Part shown: positions 17,584-26,830 of the stretch, piece after piece
Numbering within the stretch: position 1 is the stretch's first letter
Layout of the letters: every line of letters starts with the position of its first letter
Source of the DNA: Candidatus Moraniibacteriota bacterium
GTDB lineage: Bacteria; Patescibacteriota; Minisyncoccia; Moranbacterales; UBA1568
Length of the DNA stretch: 64,000 bases
Assembly: GCA_037133435.1 (NCBI GenBank)
Contig: JBAXOD010000002.1
Span: forward strand, 23,545 to 87,544
Direction of reading: 5' to 3'
Translations under genes and position numbers: made by a program
Notes under the pieces: model-generated
Seen by the model: only the letters and a program-made list of their open reading frames with translations
Database searches by the model: none
What the model was told of the DNA's origin: nothing

Positions 17584-18986
17584 AACGATGCTCCGCCCCG
17601 CACGAGGAGTGAAATCTGATTCGCCGCCGCGCCGAGAGCCTGCTGAGTCGTCTTCTCACCGCGGTACACGGATTCGATCACGTCGGCCAGGGCGCCTTCC
17701 GCCTGATCGACCTCGCCGACCCGCCACGTCCTGGCGATGAGGTTCCCGTACGCGAACGGTGCGAGCCACGCATCGTTCTTTTCCTCTTCCAACAGATCGC
17801 GACGGGCCGCCGGTTGCCCGGTCGCCTGGAGATACGCCTTGGCCGGATCGGTCTTGATATCGGCATTGACGGAATACTGCGTATCGAGATAATTGCGGAG
17901 CGTGATCTTCTGCTCCGGATGCGGAAGCGTGAGAAACCGCAGGAACTGCCAGGATTCGTGCACGCGCAGATCGTTATACCGATCCACCGGAAAGGTCGTG
18001 GACTTGCCCGCGACGACCGGGGCGTTCCGATTCTTCGCGACCACGAGCACCCAATAGTTCGCGACATTCGAGGGAGCGAGTCCGGTGAACTGCGGAAGCG
18101 GCGCGACGCCGAAGTTGAGTTTCGCGTTCTTATTCCTGATGGTACTGAGATTCCATGAATAATTGATCATCATCGCGAGCTTGCCCTCGTAGAACGTGTC
18201 GATGGAATAATGCTGATCCGCGTTCCAGGAATAATACGGCGAGCTCGTCCTGGCGAACTGCGCATAAAAATCCGTGGCTCGCGCCATCTCGGCGCTCGAG
18301 AACGCGAGGTTGTCGTAGAAACCGTCCCGGGTACTCTTCAGCCCCTGTTGCATGGCGATCGCCAACAGCACGTCGGTCGAACGGTTGATATTCTTGGCCG
18401 TCCCCAGCGAAACCGCCGACTCCGTGATATTTCCGTACGCGTCGACCGCACTCAACAACCGGACGTCCTTCAGGAATTCTTCCCAGGTCGCGGGCGGCGC
18501 GGAGATTCCGGCGGCATTGAGGAGATCTTTGTTGTAATAGAGCGCGAGCGAATCCATGGCAAGCGGCATACAGTACACCTTGCCGTCGATGACGCAGTCG
18601 TTGATCGCGGCATCCGCGAACGTATCCCGGAACTCCTTCTCGGTCACCATGGAATCCGGTGCCGGTTCGATCAGGTTCTTGACGAGCGGAAGCCACGCAT
18701 TGCGAACCAGAAACACGTCCGGCCCGTTCCCCTCGGCGAATGCCGCAAGAAGGTCCCGCCGATAGTTCTCCTCCACTTTCTTCTTGTATTCGATGCGCCC
18801 GATATGCGTCTGATTCAATCTTTCATAAGGCGCGATGGCGTCCTTGTACGCCTGGGCATCGTCGAAAATCCCCCACATCTCGAGATCGATCTGATAGGCC
18901 GGCGGCACCACCTTCGAGCACCCGGAGAGGGAGACGGCGGCCAGCAATACGGATATGAAAACGGCTCCTTTTTGTATCTTTCGCAT
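17580..18986 (-). CDS. Extracellular solute-binding lipoprotein (sugar ABC type)
   Basis: Lipobox LSGC, GPDVF, DSLALYYNKDLL, PPATWEEF, FYEGKLAM, APLPQ. Confidence 0.88.
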   Translation of the reverse strand: MRKIQKGAVFISVLLAAVSLSGCSKVVPPAYQIDLEMWGIFDDAQAYKDAIAPYERLNQTHIGRIEYKKKVEENYRRDLLAAFAEGNGPDVFLVRNAWLPLVKNLIEPAPDSMVTEKEFRDTFADAAINDCVIDGKVYCMPLAMDSLALYYNKDLLNAAGISAPPATWEEFLKDVRLLSAVDAYGNITESAVSLGTAKNINRSTDVLLAIAMQQGLKSTRDGFYDNLAFSSAEMARATDFYAQFARTSSPYYSWNADQHYSIDTFYEGKLAMMINYSWNLSTIRNKNAKLNFGVAPLPQFTGLAPSNVANYWVLVVAKNRNAPVVAGKSTTFPVDRYNDLRVHESWQFLRFLTLPHPEQKITLRNYLDTQYSVNADIKTDPAKAYLQATGQPAARRDLLEEEKNDAWLAPFAYGNLIARTWRVGEVDQAEGALADVIESVYRGEKTTQQALGAAANQISLLVRGGASL

Positions 18987-18994
18987 AATATTTT

Positions 18995-19537
18995 CTATTT
19001 TGTCACGAGAAACGCGTAATGATACGCCCCGACCGGGATATCGCGGATTTCCGTAAAGCCGATCTTTTCCAAAATCTGTTTCATATCCCCCGCGGAAATC
19101 CGTTTCCCCGTTTCCGGTCCGACCTTCCCCTCCGTTTCCGGATTCCATTCCATGATCAGTCCGTGTCCGCCGGGATGAAGCACCCGCGAGACCTCTCGCA
19201 AGATCACATCCTTCATATCGTTCTGAAAGAGCATGTCCTTGACGATGACCCAATCCACGCTCGCCGGAGCAAGCCCCGAACCGTTCTCCCGTTCCAGGTT
19301 GGCCCGCTTCGTCGTGATATTCCTGAGACCCAAGAGCTTGGCCTGACTCTCCATCGCCTCGAGCGCGGCCGGCAGGACGTCGAGCGCGATAACCTGCCCT
19401 TCTTCGCCGACCGCTCTCGAAAATTCCACGGAAAAATATCCTGCGCCGCACCCGAAATCGGCCACGGTCCCTTTCGGTGCGACCGGTAACGCCGCCACGA
19501 CAGCCTTCGGATCCACGAATGTCGGAGAAGAGAACAT
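18995..19537 (-). CDS. Class I SAM-dependent methyltransferase
   Basis: VADFGCGAGYF, VIALDV, RVLHPGG. Confidence 0.88.
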   Translation of the reverse strand: MFSSPTFVDPKAVVAALPVAPKGTVADFGCGAGYFSVEFSRAVGEEGQVIALDVLPAALEAMESQAKLLGLRNITTKRANLERENGSGLAPASVDWVIVKDMLFQNDMKDVILREVSRVLHPGGHGLIMEWNPETEGKVGPETGKRISAGDMKQILEKIGFTEIRDIPVGAYHYAFLVTK

Positions 19538-19744
19538 ACTCGTTTCTATATCGGTATTATATTTGCCTGATTCCAATAAATATAGTACAACAATTGAAGG
19601 CGAAAAGAAAGAAGTTCCGGAAAGCTTCTGGAGCCGTTCGAGCTTCATTAGCCTCCAAAGCTTCGAAAGAGAAGCTTCGAGAACCTTGGCAAGAGGTCGG
19701 GAACACGGTTAAAATGAGGAGCCGTTCCCGTTCAATGGCACTTG

Positions 19745-19899
19745 GAGCCTATCCGTTAGGAACATACCTCCTGCGCCTAAAATCTTCGGCGTACACGCGC
19801 GTACCCCTTGTCGTCTTATCCAGATAGGGCTCCGCGGGTTACCCGCCTTTCCACTCGAAGCTTATACGGCTCGTGACGGAGACCCTGACGGATAGGCTC
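19745..19899. mobile_element. MITE, copy 1 (155 bp, inverted relative to copies 2 and 3)
   Basis: Terminal inverted repeats GAGCCTATCCGTTAGG / CCTGACGGATAGGCTC; homologous to 22579-22735 and 32646-32800. Confidence 0.88.
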
Positions 19900-19914
19900 T
19901 TATTCTCCTCCGAG

Positions 19915-19980
19915 TGTTCCCTGTTTACTGTTTACTGTTTACTGTTCATTGTTGTCAGTTGTCAGTGGTTAGTTATCAAT
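19915..19980 (+). repeat. Heptamer tandem tract
   Basis: CTGTTTA x3, CTGTTCA, then TCAGTTG TCAGTGG TTAGTTA. Confidence 0.8.
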
Positions 19981-19987
19981 CAAATAC

Positions 19988-20100
19988 GGAGAGATGACCG
20001 AGTGGTTGAAGGTACCGCTCTCGAAAAGCGGCAGGCCCGAAAGGGCCTCGAGGGTTCGTCCGGCATACGCCGGACGCCCCGCGCATGCGGGGCGAATCCC
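19988..20100 (+). pseudogene. Interrupted, 3'-truncated duplicate of tRNA-Ser(CGA)
   Basis: 19988-20058 is identical to the first 71 nt of the tRNA at 20391; 36-bp insert in the T loop, then AATCCC; no acceptor 3' strand. Confidence 0.9.
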
Positions 20101-20122
20101 ACATTTAAGGAGAAGGCTGCAT

Positions 20123-20386
20123 ATGTTCTATGTCTATATCCTCAGAAGCAAGAAAGACAATGACTTCTATATCGGGTCAACCGGAGATTTAAAAAGAAGA
20201 ATGAAAGAACATAATCGCGGAGTAGTGGAATCAACAAGACACAGACGACCTCTTGAACTCCTATGCTATGAAGCGTACAACTATAAAGAAGAAGCTCAAG
20301 CGAGAGAGCGTTTTCTAAAAAGCAGTGACGGAAAGAAAGATTTACGGAAACGATTGACTCGCAGTTTGGAAAAAAAGGAAAAATAA
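20123..20386 (+). CDS. Stand-alone GIY-YIG nuclease
   Basis: MFYVYIL..FYIGST.DL.RR..EHN.G...ST..RRP.EL..YEA......A..RE.FLK; AAGGAG upstream. Confidence 0.92.
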   Translation: MFYVYILRSKKDNDFYIGSTGDLKRRMKEHNRGVVESTRHRRPLELLCYEAYNYKEEAQARERFLKSSDGKKDLRKRLTRSLEKKEK

Positions 20387-20390
20387 GTAC

Positions 20391-20477
20391 GGAGAGATGA
20401 CCGAGTGGTTGAAGGTACCGCTCTCGAAAAGCGGCAGGCCCGAAAGGGCCTCGAGGGTTCGAATCCCTCTCTCTCCT
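20391..20477 (+). tRNA. tRNA-Ser(CGA)
   Basis: GGAGAGA/TCTCTCC acceptor stem, CCGCT-CTCGAAA-AGCGG anticodon arm, long variable arm GGCCC-GAAA-GGGCC, GAGGG-TTCGAAT-CCCTC. Confidence 0.95.
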
Positions 20478-20860
20478 CACTGAAAGAAAATCAGGATCCC
20501 ATTTTGGGGTCCTGATTTTTTTCGGTTTGAATGGGAAAAAGGGATTCGAAAGCCGGACTGCTAGCAGGCAGGAGGCGGGGTCGCGACCTCGAGCACGGCC
20601 TTCGGAGGCCGGACGCTCGAGAGTTGTGACCGAGTCCCTCCCTTTCCTCAAAAGCGAATGACCGTCCCGATCATATTGGGGCGGTTATTCGTTTCTTGTG
20701 AGATGGAAGAGGGATTCGAAGGGATATGGAAATGTGAACGATTTCACGTTTCCATGTCCCCGGCCCGCAGGGGAATCCCTCCCTTTCCTCAACGGAAATC
20801 AAAAGACTCCTGAATGGGGTCTTTTGATTTTTGTGTGTTGTGTTAATGGATGGATTCGAA
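20478..20860 (+). repeat. tRNA-Ser-linked array of alternating inverted and direct 3'-end fragments with hairpin spacers
   Basis: Inverted GGATTCGAA-type copies end at 20550, 20720 and 20860; direct GA(G/A)TCCCTCCCTTTCCTCA copies at 20632-20650 and 20773-20791. Confidence 0.8.
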
Positions 20861-21030
20861 ATTGCAGGCATCTCAGGAAATCCGGCATTTCATTTGTCGC
20901 ATAGCGTCTGTCTTTCCACCGAAATGGATTGCGTGTCAAAGGTACGGATGATACAGTAAGGATGTTTTCGGATAATTCGGAAGATACCGAACAGTACCAT
21001 TCGAAGAATCAGACAGCCAAACGCTCTCAT

Positions 21031-22593
21031 ATGAGGATATCTTTGGAAAGTATTTTCTATCGCGTCATCCTTCCTTTCATGTTTCTTGAGGGATTTCTCC
21101 TGAGAATCGGCAATCTCAGAAAAGGTTTCTGGATCGACGAGTATCTCACCATCGAAACCGCACAGAAACTGACGTTTTTCAATCATACTGACACGGTCGG
21201 TCTCAACCCTTATTACGTCGGCCTCCGTCTGGTCGCATACCTCTTCGGTACCGACGAGACCGCCGTACGGATCATTTCCGTCCTGTTCGGTCTTGCGTCG
21301 GCATTCATCCTTTTCCTGATCGGAAAAAAATATTTTCACGAACGCGTCGGGCTCATCTCATCCTGTATCTTTCTGCTTACTCCCTTAGGCATATCGCTCG
21401 GTCAGGAAGTACGGCCATATTCCATGCTCCTTTTCCTTTCCCTGTGCCAACTATTTTTCTTTCTGGAAATATTGCAGTCCGTCTCCGAAGGTAAGCGGGT
21501 GAAAAATATCCGATTCATGCACCTCTCCGTCCTTACCCTGCTGATCCTGTTCATCCACCTGTCATCGGTATTATTCCTCGTCTCCGAAATGATCGTCCTT
21601 TCGTTCATAACGATCATCGAAAAACGGTGGCCGACGGACGTCTTCAAATATTATCTCGCTTGTTTGTTCCCGATGTTCGCGTTCTTCGCCTGGTTCTATC
21701 GTGACATCCTTACAAAACTCGGATTTATCGTTTCGGACCGGAATTACATTACCGTCTATTCAAACAGCGGACGCTCTTTCGCCGATGTGATCGTTTTCAT
21801 CCAGAATATCTCAACGGGACTCATCCCGGAGAAGCCAAAGGAGAGCCTGCTGGTATTCCTCCTTGCGCTCATTCTGATCGGAGCATCCATCGGCATTTGC
21901 CATTCTTTCATACGACGCGCCACGATCGTAAACGCCCTCTTTGGAATAACGATTCTCCGGATCTGCATCGGGCTGTCGATGCATGACTTCATTCCGAGAC
22001 ACGCGTTCATATTGACCCCTCTTTTTTCACTCTTTCTCGGAATATCCCTCTACAACCTTTCAAAAGTTCGCAGGGTTCCAAAGGTGGTCATTTTTTGCGT
22101 GTACGGATTCTTCATTCTGTCCCTCGCATATCTTTCACTGATTTCGCAGAAAGCCGAGAAAGCCGATCCGGGGAGACAATGGGGGTCGGTCGCCGATTTC
22201 GTCGAACGAAACGCCGGACCGGAAAAAGCGGTCATCGTGGCAGTCCCCTATCTGAAAGGGATATTCACCCATTATTATCATGGAACGACTCCGATCATCA
22301 CTATGGATGATTACAAGGAAAAATCACGAAATACCCTCATAGAGAACAATGAAATCGGTGTCTCGTTCATAAATCAAGAGCTGACCGATGCGTTGATCGG
22401 CAAGAGTATCGGGTTTCGAGAAATTCTGGTCGTCAAAGACGTTATCGCCTTAGATTTGAGCGATGTGGACAAACGCTTCGATACGGCTTTAGCAAGTCGT
22501 TTCATCCGGATCGATACAACCTGTTTCCCGGCTTCAGCGAAAATCCTGTGCGTCGAACGCTATCGAAGAGCCGACCAAGAGCCTATCCGTTAG
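21031..22593 (+). CDS. GT-C fold glycosyltransferase (ArnT/PMT-like)
   Basis: FWIDE, P.YY, RIISVLFG and QEVRPYS motifs; many TM helices; stop codon lies inside MITE copy 2. Confidence 0.85.
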   Translation: MRISLESIFYRVILPFMFLEGFLLRIGNLRKGFWIDEYLTIETAQKLTFFNHTDTVGLNPYYVGLRLVAYLFGTDETAVRIISVLFGLASAFILFLIGKKYFHERVGLISSCIFLLTPLGISLGQEVRPYSMLLFLSLCQLFFFLEILQSVSEGKRVKNIRFMHLSVLTLLILFIHLSSVLFLVSEMIVLSFITIIEKRWPTDVFKYYLACLFPMFAFFAWFYRDILTKLGFIVSDRNYITVYSNSGRSFADVIVFIQNISTGLIPEKPKESLLVFLLALILIGASIGICHSFIRRATIVNALFGITILRICIGLSMHDFIPRHAFILTPLFSLFLGISLYNLSKVRRVPKVVIFCVYGFFILSLAYLSLISQKAEKADPGRQWGSVADFVERNAGPEKAVIVAVPYLKGIFTHYYHGTTPIITMDDYKEKSRNTLIENNEIGVSFINQELTDALIGKSIGFREILVVKDVIALDLSDVDKRFDTALASRFIRIDTTCFPASAKILCVERYRRADQEPIR

Positions 22594-22735
22594 GGTCTCC
22601 GTCACGAGCCGTACGATCTTCGAGCGGAAAGGCGGGTAACCAGCGGATCCCTCTCCGTAGATACGGCGACAAGGGGTACGCGCGTGTACGCCGAAGATCA
22701 TAGGCGCAGGAGGTATGTTCCTAACGGATAGGCTC
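22579..22735. mobile_element. MITE, copy 2 (157 bp)
   Basis: TIRs GAGCCTATCCGTTAGG / CCTAACGGATAGGCTC. Confidence 0.88.
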
Positions 22736-22940
22736 TCAGTAGATGATAACAAACCCCCGAGTCAATCGATTCGCGATCCATCTTGTCACTCCGGTTTCAT
22801 TCCGATATCGTGATTGTCTGCGTCGAGAGGCTCCGGGAGCATTCCATGGTATCATCAGTGGGATAGGAATACCGGTAACCGGATATCGGAACAAGACAAA
22901 AAATCATATACCGAACGGCAAAAAACCACAGACAGAACCT

Positions 22941-24371
22941 ATGTCGAAACGAACACAGACGGTCATCCTCGGCGCCGGTCCGGCGGGATTATCGGCCGCG
23001 TACGAAATGAATGGGAGCGGCAGCGACATAGTCGTACTCGAGGCGGACCGATCGGTCGGAGGCATCAGCAAGACCGTCTCCTTCAAAGAATGCCTTTTCG
23101 ACCTCGGTGGACACCGATTCCATACCGATATTTCCGAAGTTTCACGGCTCTGGGAAAGCCTTCTGGGCGACGACTTCCTGACCCGACCGAGACTTTCCAG
23201 GATCCGCTACCGGGGGAAATTTTTCGATTATCCGCTCACGCCGATGAATGCCGTCTTCGGACTCGGCATGATCGATTCCATCGGTATCCTTTGGAGTTAT
23301 CTGGCCGCCCGCATGTTCCCCTCCAAGGAAGAGAGGACGTTTGAACAATGGGTATCGAACCGTTTCGGGAAACGACTGTTCGAAATTTTTTTCAAGTCCT
23401 ACACGGAAAAGGTCTGGGGAATCCCCTGCGATGAACTCAGTGCCGAATGGGCCGCACAGAGAATCGACGGTCTTTCCTTGTCCGTCGCGATCCGACAAGC
23501 CCTGTTCCCGGAACGAAATGGTAAGGTGAAGACGTTGATCGACGAATTCCGTTACCCGAAACTCGGACCAGGCATGCTCTACGACGAGATGATGCGCCGC
23601 ATACGCGAGCGTGGTGGACAGATCGAGACCGGTACGCGCGTCATAGGATTGCATGCCGACGGGAACAGGATTCGCAACATTCTCACGGAAGACGCGGATG
23701 GGAACGGCGCCGAGTATCCGGCAGACTTCCTCATCTCAAGCATGCCGATCGACGAACTCGTGACTATGATCCGGCCTGTTGCGCCCGAGGCCGTCATCGC
23801 CGCCGCAAACGGACTCCGTTATCGAAGTCTTGTCTCGGTCAGCCTCGTCCTCGATTGCCCGAACCCCTTCCCGGACAATTGGATCTACGTACACACGCCG
23901 GAAGTACGATTGGGCCGCATACAGAACTTCGGCAATTGGAGCCCTTCCATGGTCGAGCCCGTTGGACGGGTCGCCCTCGGATTGGAATACTTCTGCGACG
24001 AAGGGGACGACTTCTGGAATACGGACGATACCGCTCTCATCGCGCTCGGACTCGATGAGATGAGAAAGATCGGCATAGCGGGATATGACGGCTTTATCGA
24101 CGGGTTCGTGACGCGTATACCGAAGGCCTACCCCGTCTATCACGGTGCCTACCGAGAGAACGTCGCCATCTTACGAACGTACCTCGAAGGGTTTCGGAAC
24201 CTGCAGACGATCGGGAGAAACGGGATGTTCCGCTACAACAATATGGATCATTCGGTCCTGACGGGAATCCTGGCGGCCAAGAACATACCCGAAAAAAGAT
24301 TCGATCTTTGGGATGCGAAACGATATTCCGACGTTACTTCGATAACGGCCGACGAGGCGCTGGACATATGA
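22941..24371 (+). CDS. FAD-dependent oxidoreductase (protoporphyrinogen oxidase / UDP-galactopyranose mutase-like) of glycan loci
   Basis: ILGAGPAGL, FDLGGHRF, YTEKVWG, WAAQRI, GRNGMFRYNNMDHS. Confidence 0.85.
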   Translation: MSKRTQTVILGAGPAGLSAAYEMNGSGSDIVVLEADRSVGGISKTVSFKECLFDLGGHRFHTDISEVSRLWESLLGDDFLTRPRLSRIRYRGKFFDYPLTPMNAVFGLGMIDSIGILWSYLAARMFPSKEERTFEQWVSNRFGKRLFEIFFKSYTEKVWGIPCDELSAEWAAQRIDGLSLSVAIRQALFPERNGKVKTLIDEFRYPKLGPGMLYDEMMRRIRERGGQIETGTRVIGLHADGNRIRNILTEDADGNGAEYPADFLISSMPIDELVTMIRPVAPEAVIAAANGLRYRSLVSVSLVLDCPNPFPDNWIYVHTPEVRLGRIQNFGNWSPSMVEPVGRVALGLEYFCDEGDDFWNTDDTALIALGLDEMRKIGIAGYDGFIDGFVTRIPKAYPVYHGAYRENVAILRTYLEGFRNLQTIGRNGMFRYNNMDHSVLTGILAAKNIPEKRFDLWDAKRYSDVTSITADEALDI

Positions 24372-26650
24372 AACACCGTTTCGGAAAAATTCCGACGACA
24401 CCGCGAGAAAGGATCTTCTCGTACCTGTTCCTGGTATGGATGGTCTTTTTCTTCGTCTTGCATACTGCGAACACGTGGCAACTCACCGAGAACAGCTTCA
24501 TCCCGGCGTACCTGATCGCTTTGGCGCTTTCTTCCCTTTTGGGACTAGTCATTCTCATCGCCTACCGGCTCTTCATCGTCTTACACGGAAATAGCGACGT
24601 ATCGATAGGAATCCCTGCCCTTTCCATAGCGATCATAGTCATCGTCATGACCGTCTTCAACATCGACCGGATCGTCTCCATGGACCCGACCGGACTCAGC
24701 GCCATTCCCGGTTTCGCCCTCGACTTCCTGAAATCGGTCTCGGTCGTCACATTGTTTCTCCTCTCCGCGTATCTTGTCGGCGATGCGCTCCTGGAATATT
24801 TCATGCCCCGCGTGTTCGGCAAAGGGGAAGGCGGTCCGATATCCGTCGCGATCGGAGTCGGAGTCTCCGGGTACTTTATCCTCCTCATCGATTTGTTCGG
24901 CATCGCCTACCCCTTGACCGTCTTCTTGTCCGCGATCGCTATCATTACCCTGTTCCGGAAGCGAGCAAAAGAACTCCTCAATTCCTTCATGACCAAGAAG
25001 TTGATCATCAAACCGGGATTACGGACCGAGAACGTCATAGCCGTTATCCTTATCATGCTGACGTTTCTCTCCTTTTTCCTGTCATACGCCGGCCTCGCCG
25101 TCGGAGGATGGGATACGTTCCATCAATATCTCGTCTTCCCGGAAACATACGCGAAATATCATACGCTCGTACCGTTCCCCTTCCATCCCCATTGGGGATT
25201 CCCCCAGCTGTCGGAAATGATATTCGAGGAAGGACTCCTCCTCGGCGACACACGGACGCCGTTTCTCCTCAACTTCGCGTTCATCACGCTCGGCTTCATC
25301 GGCTTTGCCGTAACCGCGAAAAAAATCGCCGGAAAATCCTTCGTATGGCCGCTCGCCGCATTCGCGTCGGTTCCCCTTCTGCTCCGGTTCTGGTCCGGAT
25401 ACCTGAAAGTCGAATCGATCCTCTTCCTGTTCGTCGCGGCGCTCTTCATGCTCCTTTGGAAGATCGCAAGACGGAAGGAGTCCAGCGACGGAAAATTCGG
25501 CCCGTGGGTACTCGTCGCCATCATGCTCGGACTGATGCTGTCCGTAAAATACACATCCTTCTTCATCGGTGCGGCATTGGCTGCCTCGCTTATTCTCTTC
25601 CACCGATCCTTCGACTTCGATTGGAAAAAGGCAGTCCTTGTCGCGGGCATCTCGATGATTTTCCTCTCCCCGTGGCTCATAAAAGACCAGCTCTATTATG
25701 GAAACCCACTCTACCCCGCGCTCCAGGGAAATGATCCTGTTTCGGAAAAGCTGGGAACAAACTGTCAGGCTTCTTTTATACAGATCTGTAACGAGGACAA
25801 TTTTGTGAACCGTCGCCCGGAAATGTTTCAAAAAGATTCCGTTCATCTTTCAAGTGCCTTCCTCACGACGCGACCGTTCATAATGGGAGACGGTTCTGAT
25901 ATCACTTCGACCGGACCGTTCTTCATGCTCTTCCTACCGCTTTTATGGTGGCTTCTTTTCCGAACCAAAGATCCATTTCTCCGCTTCCTCATATCATTCT
26001 CGGCGATATTCCTCGCGCTTGGCGTCTATTTCTTCACCGGACAGACCTGGTATCTTCTGCCGATGATGTTCCCTTTCATGCTCGCGCTCGCCTACGCGTG
26101 GAAAGAGTCGGAAGGAACCATCATCAATGCCATGAGCCGTTCCCTCATATTCCTGTGGATTTTCTTCCTTCTCACGGTCAACATATTCAGTTCAGGAACC
26201 GTGGAACTGGCCAAATATGCCAGAAGCGGATCAGGTCTCGGATACGCGCTGCAGGAAATCGGGAAAATATGTGGCGACCAGAGACGCCGCGACGCATATC
26301 TGGCATGGCAGGATGTGAATGATCTCATCTCCAAGCGCGACGGTGAAAGCACAGTCGTCTACGGGTTCATGGACCCTCAGGGATATTTCATCAAGGACTC
26401 TTTCCGTCATTTCATTCCGGACTTCTTCGGATACCTCTATACCTGCATATCGAAAAACGGCGACATCGGAGACGGGCTGAAGAAACTCGGTGTGACGCAC
26501 GTCCTGTTCGATGCGGCCGCACCGTCCGGCTGTCTTCAAAACGACGTGTTCCTCACCTGTCGCGCCTACTTCGGTTTCCGGGATTTCATCTCGACGCACG
26601 GCACACTTGTGAAAAAGGAGGGGTCGTTCGAACTGTATTCGATAGAATAG
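24368..26650 (+). CDS. Large multi-pass membrane protein, probable GT-C glycosyltransferase
   Basis: WD...Y.L..P loop, SVKYT and PWLIK...YGNPLYP motifs; ATGA overlap with the upstream gene. Confidence 0.7.
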   Translation: MKHRFGKIPTTPRERIFSYLFLVWMVFFFVLHTANTWQLTENSFIPAYLIALALSSLLGLVILIAYRLFIVLHGNSDVSIGIPALSIAIIVIVMTVFNIDRIVSMDPTGLSAIPGFALDFLKSVSVVTLFLLSAYLVGDALLEYFMPRVFGKGEGGPISVAIGVGVSGYFILLIDLFGIAYPLTVFLSAIAIITLFRKRAKELLNSFMTKKLIIKPGLRTENVIAVILIMLTFLSFFLSYAGLAVGGWDTFHQYLVFPETYAKYHTLVPFPFHPHWGFPQLSEMIFEEGLLLGDTRTPFLLNFAFITLGFIGFAVTAKKIAGKSFVWPLAAFASVPLLLRFWSGYLKVESILFLFVAALFMLLWKIARRKESSDGKFGPWVLVAIMLGLMLSVKYTSFFIGAALAASLILFHRSFDFDWKKAVLVAGISMIFLSPWLIKDQLYYGNPLYPALQGNDPVSEKLGTNCQASFIQICNEDNFVNRRPEMFQKDSVHLSSAFLTTRPFIMGDGSDITSTGPFFMLFLPLLWWLLFRTKDPFLRFLISFSAIFLALGVYFFTGQTWYLLPMMFPFMLALAYAWKESEGTIINAMSRSLIFLWIFFLLTVNIFSSGTVELAKYARSGSGLGYALQEIGKICGDQRRRDAYLAWQDVNDLISKRDGESTVVYGFMDPQGYFIKDSFRHFIPDFFGYLYTCISKNGDIGDGLKKLGVTHVLFDAAAPSGCLQNDVFLTCRAYFGFRDFISTHGTLVKKEGSFELYSIE

Positions 26651-26830
26651 CTACGGCCGTACACATCAGATGCAGCGCTGACATCCGGCTCCGACATAAA
26701 AATGAAAGGTGCTGTGAGCAACGCCACAGCATTTTTTCGGATGAATCGGACTTCCCAGCGAACCGTTTTCATGCTATACTGGATGAGTAATTGGCTGCAT
26801 AAAGCCGAAATAAATAGTAAGACAGATCAT

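Noticed and set aside
19994-20122. N-terminal extension of the GIY-YIG ORF through the tRNA copy
   Set aside because: It translates tRNA sequence; ATG 20123 has an upstream AAGGAG and the typical MFYVY start
20059-20390. Group I intron in tRNA-Ser carrying a homing endonuclease
   Set aside because: No room for an intron core, and the downstream tRNA is complete rather than a 3' exon
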